DNA of 64,000 nt from an uncultured Prolixibacteraceae bacterium (GTDB lineage: Bacteria > Bacteroidota > Bacteroidia > Bacteroidales > FEN-979): assembly GCA_964449285.1 (NCBI GenBank), contig CAYUZX010000003.1, positions 942 through 64,941 on the forward strand, in the 5' to 3' direction. The position numbers and the translations under genes were made by a program. This document shows, piece by piece, positions 57,749 through 64,000 of the stretch. The stretch's first letter is position 1; every line of letters starts with the position of its first letter. The notes beneath the pieces are model-generated. The model searched no databases, was not told the DNA's origin, and was given only the letters and a program-made list of their open reading frames with translations.

Positions 57749-58026
57749 GAGTTGACTGTTTCGCTTGCAATAAAATCTGCAATACTGTTGATTGACTGAA
57801 TGATATTTCGAGCCAGGTTTTGGTCGTTCAATCTGACATTGTACTTTCTTTGCAGTGCCATGATGATCTCAATCCCGTCAACTGAGTCGAGTGTCAGGGC
57901 ATTAGTGCCACCAAAAAGGGGTTCGGTGTCATCCACGTCATTTGGGTCTACATCGGTTATGTTGAGGGTTGATATGATCAGATTTTTGATCTCCAGTTTC
58001 AGTTCATCGCTCGGTTCGCTTGACAT
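57745..58026 (-). CDS. Acyl carrier protein (free-standing)
   Basis: 93 aa. Phosphopantetheine attachment context LTLDSVDGIEIIMAL. The stop overlaps the sulfotransferase start (ATGA). Confidence 0.85.
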   Translation of the reverse strand: MSSEPSDELKLEIKNLIISTLNITDVDPNDVDDTEPLFGGTNALTLDSVDGIEIIMALQRKYNVRLNDQNLARNIIQSINSIADFIASETVNS

Positions 58027-58035
58027 ATTAATTTG

Positions 58036-59043
58036 CTATTTTATACTCTTTTTTAATTTTTTAAAGAATTTTTCTTCTACTTCAGCACGGTCCATTATCA
58101 GGTCGCTCAATTCTTTCATCTTACCGGCACCAAGGTCCCTGTTTTTTCCGATCCGTGCCGCGAAAAGGGAGATCTCTCTCCATCCGTCACCAATGGTCAT
58201 CAGTTCAGTGGAAAGCTCCTTCAACTCAGGGTTATTAACTATCTCAGAGGCCTGCTGAAGAAATGTCGCATACATAAACCTAAATCCTGCCCCACCTGTT
58301 CCTTGGTCCTCCAGGAGGATATTGATCTTCATCACCTCGTGAGATAGGTGTTCACTGTCCCTGGCAAACTTTGGCCAGTCGACCACTCGTTTTGCAAAGA
58401 GCCGGATTCCCTTGATTCCGATAAAAGGAACCGGAAGTTTAAGCATGTTGAAACAGGCTTTATCTATCCCTTTAAGGATTGGCTTCCTGAGGTCAACTTC
58501 AGAGGGAACGTATTTTGGATAGAAAAGAAATCCTTTTGGTGACATGTTTCCACCTGCAAACCTGCCTCTTCTGAGCGACTCCTCATTCACCCGTTCAGGT
58601 TTTGGGAAATAGCTGTCGCTTACGATATACGCTGAACCCTCTTTACCGATTACCACCATGAAATGGACATTGATATGAGCCCGTTCCCAACTCGGGACGT
58701 AATCCATATAGTAGAAATCGACCTGTGAAGCAACAGGTATTCCCTGGCTGAGGAGTTCGTTAAGCTTCTCAATCCCATCCTGCTCTTTCTTGAATGAGAA
58801 TGTCTGAAACTTTACGCCCAGACGTTTCTGGATATTCTTTCTGATATCGCCAGGACGGCTCCTGACGATGAACGTGGGAAAAGTAAATGATTTATGCTTA
58901 TGGAAATAGCCGAAAAAGATACCGCTGGCGATACCGAATACCATTGGTTCCGAGATTGTCAGCCCGGCATGATTCAACAGTGACGTAACGGTGCCGGACT
59001 CACAGTGGGCACCCATTTTATGATTGTAATGTATCGGAGTCAT
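58036..59043 (-). CDS. BtrH N-terminal domain / DUF4872 protein (BtrH-like ACP-dependent transferase)
   Basis: The N-terminus GAHCESGTVTSLLNHAGLTISEPMVFGIASGIFFGYF matches the BtrH_N signature with its Cys nucleophile. Confidence 0.7.
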   Translation of the reverse strand: MTPIHYNHKMGAHCESGTVTSLLNHAGLTISEPMVFGIASGIFFGYFHKHKSFTFPTFIVRSRPGDIRKNIQKRLGVKFQTFSFKKEQDGIEKLNELLSQGIPVASQVDFYYMDYVPSWERAHINVHFMVVIGKEGSAYIVSDSYFPKPERVNEESLRRGRFAGGNMSPKGFLFYPKYVPSEVDLRKPILKGIDKACFNMLKLPVPFIGIKGIRLFAKRVVDWPKFARDSEHLSHEVMKINILLEDQGTGGAGFRFMYATFLQQASEIVNNPELKELSTELMTIGDGWREISLFAARIGKNRDLGAGKMKELSDLIMDRAEVEEKFFKKLKKSIK

Positions 59044-59459
59044 AGTTTAGCAGGTTCATCGTTCAGCAGTTCCGTCGTGGGAATAGCCTTTTTTAGCTGT
59101 TCAGCCGTGATGTTAAAGACGGTTGCATACCGCTGCAGTAATTCTTCTGAGAGTTTTACAAAGTGAGGAGGGAGGAGGTGTTTCTTTATGTTCCGCATCG
59201 GGATCCGTGTCCTGGCCGAAAGTTCCTTGAGAGTCAGATCTTCCAGGATCATAAAAAACTTCACAGGGCTGATTTCATCCCGGTTGATCTGGTCCCGGAG
59301 TGAAGTGACCAGGTTATTCCGTTTATCGAAATAATCATCAATGTAGTTTTTCGTGATAAATGAGCCAGTTTGCATGGGGCCAAATTGTCCGTCCTCCTTT
59401 TCCACATAAAGGATCATCTGCTGCTCGGGACAATCGACAAATCCCTCTTTCTCTTTCAT
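59040..59459 (-). CDS. Small hypothetical protein with XRE-like helix-turn-helix
   Basis: The ATG at 59457-59459 (MKEKEGF) is preferred, because the longer track ORF overlaps the upstream permease. HTH-like segment LTLKELSARTRIPMRNIKKHL. Confidence 0.45.
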   Translation of the reverse strand: MKEKEGFVDCPEQQMILYVEKEDGQFGPMQTGSFITKNYIDDYFDKRNNLVTSLRDQINRDEISPVKFFMILEDLTLKELSARTRIPMRNIKKHLLPPHFVKLSEELLQRYATVFNITAEQLKKAIPTTELLNDEPAKL

Positions 59460-59472
59460 AATCTCTTTGGCA

Positions 59473-60639
59473 TTAATTCCGTTTTGCAAAAATAAGCATG
59501 CTGACAAGCAATGCAAAGATAAAAAACAAAAGCAACCAGAGGGCTCCGGGGAGGATATCAACCAGGGTTCCATCCCGGATAAACAACTCGAGGTAGTTGT
59601 CTATTCCCCAGCGTATTGGAGAGATGCTGCTGATAAATTGTATCGCTTTTGGCATCACGTGGATAGGGAGAAACGTACCACTGATGATGCCCAGGATCAC
59701 CACCATCACAGATCCAAAGAGGGCTGCCTGGCCGTGGTTACGTGAACCAGCGCCAACCAGGAGTCCGAACCCGACTGCCCCAAGAGATGCCGTTATTGTT
59801 GCAACGGATATGGCAAAAAAACTACTTCCCATCTCCAGCTTCGGGAAGTTAAACAAAAGATGCAGCATATAGTACCCGACAAACAGCATCAGCAGGAACT
59901 GAACAATGCATACCAGAAGATACAAAATGACTTTCGCGACCAACATTGTCGATATTGGAACAGGTAATGTTCGGATCCTGAAACTTGCACCTTCGTTCTT
60001 TTCACTGATCACACTTCCAGATAAGGGTATGACGATGAAGAACATAGCAAAAAGGATGAACCCCGGGATGTTGTTCTGTACGGGAGTAGGTTTGATGGAG
60101 GAGCGTTCTTTTATCGCCTGTTGCTGATAAATTGGTGGCAGCATCTTCAACATATCGTCAGCGGGAAGCGTTGTTGCATAAGGCTGACTGGCAGTCATTA
60201 ACTGTTGCATGATCACTTTTCCGCTTGCTCCTTTAAGAATGAACATTGCAGCGGTGACAAGGGTGCTTTTATAGGCTTCATGGAGTGTGGGGTCGACCAC
60301 AAGAGTGATCGCTGTATCGCCAGGAGCCACCAGAACCCCGAGAGGGACCTCTCCTTTCCTTATGGCATTATAGAGCTCTTCCTGTCCGATTGAGTCTGAG
60401 ACCACCCTAAACATCCCTGAAGCCTTAATGTCGCTGCTTATCTGTTCTCCAAGAACAGATCCGGGGGGGGTGACGATAAGAATGGAGCTTTTTGCCACCT
60501 GGCTCTTCAGCGTATTCTCCTGGGCTAGTGTAACAACAAGAATCAACAGGAGGGGCATCAAGAACAGAATGCTGAGACCAGGGATATCCCGGACAAGTAT
60601 AAGCCACTCTTTCCGCAATGCCGCAAGAAGTTTTTGCAT
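59473..60639 (-). CDS. ABC-2 type transporter permease
   Basis: The ATG at 60637-60639 (MQKLLAALRKEWLILVRD) is preferred. One N-terminal TM helix, a large loop, and 5 C-terminal TM helices. No ATPase gene is adjacent. Confidence 0.75.
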   Translation of the reverse strand: MQKLLAALRKEWLILVRDIPGLSILFLMPLLLILVVTLAQENTLKSQVAKSSILIVTPPGSVLGEQISSDIKASGMFRVVSDSIGQEELYNAIRKGEVPLGVLVAPGDTAITLVVDPTLHEAYKSTLVTAAMFILKGASGKVIMQQLMTASQPYATTLPADDMLKMLPPIYQQQAIKERSSIKPTPVQNNIPGFILFAMFFIVIPLSGSVISEKNEGASFRIRTLPVPISTMLVAKVILYLLVCIVQFLLMLFVGYYMLHLLFNFPKLEMGSSFFAISVATITASLGAVGFGLLVGAGSRNHGQAALFGSVMVVILGIISGTFLPIHVMPKAIQFISSISPIRWGIDNYLELFIRDGTLVDILPGALWLLLFFIFALLVSMLIFAKRN

Positions 60640-60649
60640 GGGGACAAAG

Positions 60650-61753
60650 TTAACTATTCCGGCGTGCTTCGAGAACAGAAAGCGGAGCAATTGTTGAGTA
60701 TTGTCGGTAAAGCGAGAGACCTGCCTGATGAAGTAATGATACAAACTCCTCTTTCGTTCGCTCTTTTCCTCCAGGCATTGAAGTAAGCATCTGGATATCA
60801 ATCATCTTGGCAGCAGAAGGCTTGTTTCCCGGAGGTATGATCATCTCAACGATGATGATCTTCCCGTTCGCCGGCATTACGTTGTGGATATTGGAGAGGA
60901 TTGTAATGCAGGTTGAGTCGTTCCAGTTATGCAGGATATTCTTCAACAGGTATCCATCAGCACCTTCCGGAATCGAATCAAGAAAGTTCCCCTCTGTTAT
61001 CGTTACTCTCTCTTTCATACCATATTGCTTCATTGTTTCTTCTGCTTTTTCGAGTGCAGCAGGCATGTCAAATAGGATGCCCCGTATGGCTGGGTAAGTT
61101 CGCAGGATATTGGCTAACAGGAAACCCTCTCCGCCACCAATATCCACCAATGTTGTAATGGTTGAGAAGTTATAGCCCTGAAGCAGAGGCGCCAGCCCAA
61201 GGGAGGAGAGATCTGACATCGATTGATCAAAAATCGCATAGTTGCTGGGATCTTCGCTGAGATAACTATAGATGTTCTTGTGATATCTCCTGTTGAACCC
61301 ATCTTCTCCAGTCCGAACAGTCTCCAATAACTCACCGGTGATTTGCCAGTTCAGCGAGCCAAGGTGGTGTCTGAGCATGTGGCGTAACGACCCATCTCCA
61401 TCCATTAAGGGTTTGGATAACCTGGTATTGGAGAAATTCCGGGCACTATCCTCATGAAAAATGTTATTGGATGCCAGGGCCCTCATCACCCGATATAGGC
61501 TTTCAGTGTCTGAGCCCGACTCTCTTGCAAGTTGTATTATCGGTTTTTCACTCTCTTTTAGCAAACCGGCTATGTTTAGTTCAGCTGCTACATAGAGAGA
61601 TGGGAGCAGATAATAGTATTGGAATTTCTCATACAGTACGACATTTCCCGGAAACATCCTGTCGTGGATGTTCATTAGCACTGCCCTGAAGCCCTGGATG
61701 GTTTTTACAATCCATCGTGGTGGCAGAGATTGTTTTTGTGACTTATGTTTCAT
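60650..61753 (-). CDS. Class I SAM-dependent O-methyltransferase (Methyltransf_2 with N-terminal dimerisation/wHTH domain)
   Basis: SAM motif LVDIGGGEGFLL, with the small-molecule OMT layout (LKNILHNWND). Confidence 0.85.
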   Translation of the reverse strand: MKHKSQKQSLPPRWIVKTIQGFRAVLMNIHDRMFPGNVVLYEKFQYYYLLPSLYVAAELNIAGLLKESEKPIIQLARESGSDTESLYRVMRALASNNIFHEDSARNFSNTRLSKPLMDGDGSLRHMLRHHLGSLNWQITGELLETVRTGEDGFNRRYHKNIYSYLSEDPSNYAIFDQSMSDLSSLGLAPLLQGYNFSTITTLVDIGGGEGFLLANILRTYPAIRGILFDMPAALEKAEETMKQYGMKERVTITEGNFLDSIPEGADGYLLKNILHNWNDSTCITILSNIHNVMPANGKIIIVEMIIPPGNKPSAAKMIDIQMLTSMPGGKERTKEEFVSLLHQAGLSLYRQYSTIAPLSVLEARRNS

Positions 61754-62633
61754 CGTTCATTGCCACTTCAGGTGATGGCGTAAACTTCCACCGGTTATGA
61801 GACCATAGGTAGAACCGGGGATCTTCTTTGATGTTGTCCTCCAGCGCCTTAAAATATCGCGTAGTGAGATCCGGAATCATATCAACCTCTCCAGGCTTGT
61901 TAAGGGGGCGGAATTCCACTTCATAAAAGCCACGTTTAATTTTCCGGTTATGAACATAAAGAACGACCCCTTTTGTCTTTCTATGCAAGTTGTCAAGGCC
62001 ACGGAAAGCGGCGGTAGGCTGGTTCAAAAAGTTCACCCATGGAACTTTTGCATTTTTTGCAGGGCGTTGATCGGCAGCAAAATAGAGGCAAAGTGGTGCT
62101 GTTTCCTGATTATTAAGTAAGTATTTGTAGGCATCATGGTACTGGTAGAGAAGGAGTCCGTATTTCCCTCTGGAATGAAGGATCAGGTCATCAACAAATT
62201 TATTGGATTGTTCTTTGTAAATGGCCACACACGTGAAATTGATTTTAAGCACCAGGTAAGAGACCCACTCCCAGTTGCCGTAATGGCCTGGGGCCAGGAT
62301 TACGTTAACCCCTTCACTGGCATATTTATCCAGGATCTCCAGGTTAGTCAGCTTGTACCGAGCGTCAAAATCGCTGATTTTCATATGGAAATTTGCTACT
62401 GCCTCCACCAGGTAATCGGCCAGGTGTTTATAAAACTCTCGTTTAATATACTTAAGTTCAGTTTTCGATTTCTCAGGGAATGCATTCCGGAGATTTTCAC
62501 ATACGACTTCTTTTCTATACCCCAGGATGTAATTCATGATGAAGTAAACAAACGTAGATATCCCGTAGAAGAACCGGAATGGCATGATGGTCAGGAATAA
62601 AATCATCAGACGTATCGAGAGACGCATGCGCAT
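61743..62633 (-). CDS. Lysophospholipid/LpxL-HtrB family acyltransferase
   Basis: HX4(D/E) motif PGHYGNWEW and an N-terminal TM helix. The ATG at 62631-62633 is preferred over the TTG at 62666. Confidence 0.8.
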   Translation of the reverse strand: MRMRLSIRLMILFLTIMPFRFFYGISTFVYFIMNYILGYRKEVVCENLRNAFPEKSKTELKYIKREFYKHLADYLVEAVANFHMKISDFDARYKLTNLEILDKYASEGVNVILAPGHYGNWEWVSYLVLKINFTCVAIYKEQSNKFVDDLILHSRGKYGLLLYQYHDAYKYLLNNQETAPLCLYFAADQRPAKNAKVPWVNFLNQPTAAFRGLDNLHRKTKGVVLYVHNRKIKRGFYEVEFRPLNKPGEVDMIPDLTTRYFKALEDNIKEDPRFYLWSHNRWKFTPSPEVAMNDET

Positions 62634-62666
62634 GAAATCTTTGGGACAAAGGTAACACTTACACAA

Positions 62667-62701
62667 GAATGACGGATTACGAATGATGAATTACGAACGA
62701 T
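62667..62701. repeat. Degenerate heptamer tandem array x5 (GAATGAC GGATTAC GAATGAT GAATTAC GAACGAT)
   Basis: Read directly from the sequence. It fills the 40-nt spacer inside the ACP operon. Confidence 0.85.
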
Positions 62702-62706
62702 TTTTA

Positions 62707-63531
62707 TCATTGCAACCTGTCAACTATCAACTGCTGACTTACCTGCATAATCAGGCAGCTGGGGCCACCAGTTCCCTTAACAAATTCAGAGAGACTCAGG
62801 GGATAGACCGTGAATCCTTTGTGCCGAAGAGCCTCGATGGAAGCGGTATTTGATTGATCTGCAATAATCTGTCGATTGGATAGAGGGATAACATTTCCGC
62901 TGATGAATCCCGTGTTTCGAACTTCGATCCGGTGAAAACCCGTAAAAAAGATTTTCGGAAAGAGACCGTTAACACACAGTATGGTATCAGGTGATACCAG
63001 CGTTATAGCTCCACCTAAATGGAGAAAAGGAGCGGGGACCTTTGCTGTCCTGGTTTCATATCCTGCCTTCTTTAAAAAATTAATAAGCTGCTCGATTCCC
63101 GCTGGATTTGTCCTTGATGAGTGTCCAATGAATGCAATGTCGTCCGTTAGAATAACATCTCCGCCTTCAACTTTTCCAGGTGCTTCAATAGCCCCGAAAC
63201 ATGAAACTCCAATCTTGTCCAGGGATTCGGCCATCCACTTCTCTTCGCCTTCACGGGAAGGGAGGCCCATTCTCACCCTGATGTATCCTTTTGGTGTACA
63301 AACCGCAGTATCTTTTGTAAACACTGAATTGGGATGTCCCTGCATCTCCTTGAGTTCGATCACCTTAGCTCCGGCTTTTTCAATTGTTTTTACAAGACTA
63401 ATATGCTGCTTTGCGGCCAGTCCCGGATCAGAAATTTGTGTGATATTATGTTCTGCCAGGTTTGATGCCCCGAAATAAGATGGGCCTGGAGAGCAAGTGA
63501 TTAGGGTAGAGGGTTGATGGTTGAGGTTCAA
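62707..63531 (-). CDS. Dimethylarginine dimethylaminohydrolase / amidinotransferase-fold (guanidino-group modifying) enzyme
   Basis: VFTKDTA, EGGDVIL, GHSSRTN, LHLGG and a C-terminal catalytic-Cys context GTGGPSCLIM. Confidence 0.8.
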   Translation of the reverse strand: MNLNHQPSTLITCSPGPSYFGASNLAEHNITQISDPGLAAKQHISLVKTIEKAGAKVIELKEMQGHPNSVFTKDTAVCTPKGYIRVRMGLPSREGEEKWMAESLDKIGVSCFGAIEAPGKVEGGDVILTDDIAFIGHSSRTNPAGIEQLINFLKKAGYETRTAKVPAPFLHLGGAITLVSPDTILCVNGLFPKIFFTGFHRIEVRNTGFISGNVIPLSNRQIIADQSNTASIEALRHKGFTVYPLSLSEFVKGTGGPSCLIMQVSQQLIVDRLQ

Positions 63532-63536
63532 TGTTT

Positions 63537-63560
63537 TAGTTTAAGTTTGAGTTTAAGTTT
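63537..63560. repeat. Degenerate hexamer tandem array x4 (TAGTTT AAGTTT GAGTTT AAGTTT)
   Basis: Read directly from the sequence. It lies immediately upstream of the DDAH-fold gene start. Confidence 0.8.
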
Positions 63561-63593
63561 GGACGAGCCGTGATAAATCTCTGCCGTACAGTT

Positions 63594-63614
63594 ATCTAGC
63601 ATCCAGCATCTAGT
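63594..63614. repeat. Degenerate heptamer tandem array x3 (ATCTAGC ATCCAGC ATCTAGT)
   Basis: Read directly from the sequence. It overlaps the stop codon (63610-63612) of the upstream gene. Confidence 0.7.
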
Positions 63615-64000
63615 TTGCCAGCATCTCCATTCCCAAACTTTCTGCCAGTTTGTCGGCCTCTTCTATTGCTTCTTCTTTGGATTTGCATTTCATTACCTCG
63701 ACCCTCGATTGGAGAGTTCCTGCTTCCAGGACAACCCGATAATCTTCCTGTTTTGTTTCCATCGTCCGGTTGCTGAGGCTGAAAGTCCTGTAAAAGCGTT
63801 TGGTACGAACAACCCTTATTCCGTGAAAAGAGTTAGTACTAATCCATTGACCCGATCTAAAGAGACCAAGAATTAGGTTGCAAGGGCGAATGAGTCGTTT
63901 AACGGTATCAATTTCACAGGCATTTCCAGAGAATCCGATAAAGGCACCGATCAAGATCAGGATGATACCCGTCCAGTAAAACGGAATCAGGATAATACCT
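63610..64000 (-). CDS. Hypothetical membrane-anchored protein; 5' end beyond the window
   Basis: The frame stays open to nt 64000 (..GIILIPFYWTGIILILIGAFIGFSGN..), so the track's internal Met is not the true start. I recognise no family. Confidence 0.5.
   Translation of the reverse strand, partial: GIILIPFYWTGIILILIGAFIGFSGNACEIDTVKRLIRPCNLILGLFRSGQWISTNSFHGIRVVRTKRFYRTFSLSNRTMETKQEDYRVVLEAGTLQSRVEVMKCKSKEEAIEEADKLAESLGMEMLAN

Noticed and set aside
59460-59573. N-terminal extensions in track ORFs (59040..59573, 59473..60801, 44082..44555, 49527..51356, 5506..5949, 61743..62666).
   Set aside because: The extended versions mostly begin at TTG or other upstream alternative starts, overlap the upstream gene substantially, and add non-homologous residues ahead of canonical N-termini (e.g. 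MKKKILAIDD, MGDIIKLLPESV). Internal ATG starts give abutting, non-overlapping genes.
1-64000. Mobile elements, prophage, defence islands, tRNA or rRNA genes.
   Set aside because: No translation shows integrase, transposase, DDE, recombinase, restriction, Cas or toxin-antitoxin motifs. No long inverted or direct repeats bracket any block. No intergenic gap except 51339-51493 is long enough for a tRNA, and that one lacks cloverleaf features.

Overview
This is a dense 64-kb chromosomal segment that looks Bacteroidota-type. The evidence is T9SS type A and type B C-terminal sorting domains, a PorP/SprF gene, and TAnnTTTG -7 promoter boxes 16-33 nt upstream of several start codons. I count about 57 protein genes. 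I found no rRNA, tRNA, CRISPR array, transposase or integrase.

Layout:
- 1-9.9 kb: housekeeping genes (thioredoxin-fold lipoprotein, DUF218, DUF4301, T9SS-secreted S8 peptidase, ndk, DHH phosphoesterase, three tandem FKBP isomerases).
- 9.9-15 kb: T9SS cargo / PorP-SprF / cargo trio.
- 15-18.6 kb: two adjacent hybrid histidine kinases and a Zn-ribbon methyltransferase.
- 18.6-44.6 kb: a roughly 26-kb Wzx/Wzy-type exopolysaccharide locus. It holds a beta-helix T9SS protein, nine intact glycosyltransferases (three of them a tandem GT2 triplication) plus a GT2 interrupted by an in-frame TAG, an AsnB-like enzyme, WbqC and PIG-L genes, and a carbamoyltransferase-SGNH-DUF5989-SxtJ module. It also holds Wzy, Wzx, a LysM-containing PCP, a half-size TolC-like protein, a pseudo-receiver-fused priming transferase and a CheY-like regulator.
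- 44.6-51.3 kb: uvrB, EEP nuclease, two rhomboids, mutL.
- 51.5-54.6 kb: DUF6580 protein, amidohydrolase, secreted protein.
- 54.6-63.5 kb: a tight 10-gene operon centred on an acyl carrier protein (ACP), with an adenylating enzyme, ACP, BtrH-like transferase, sulfotransferase, O-methyltransferase, LpxL-like acyltransferase, DDAH-fold enzyme, ABC-2 permease and an outer-membrane barrel.

Most interesting observations:
- The ACP-centred operon, which I cannot assign to a characterised pathway.
- The unusual initiation/export end of the EPS locus, where I see no Wza/OPX gene.
- The conserved but uncharacterised carbamoyltransferase/SxtJ/DUF5989 module.
- A recurring set of short degenerate 6-8 nt tandem arrays that fill intergenic spacers and intrude on gene ends.

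All family calls come from reading motifs in the translations. No database search was run.
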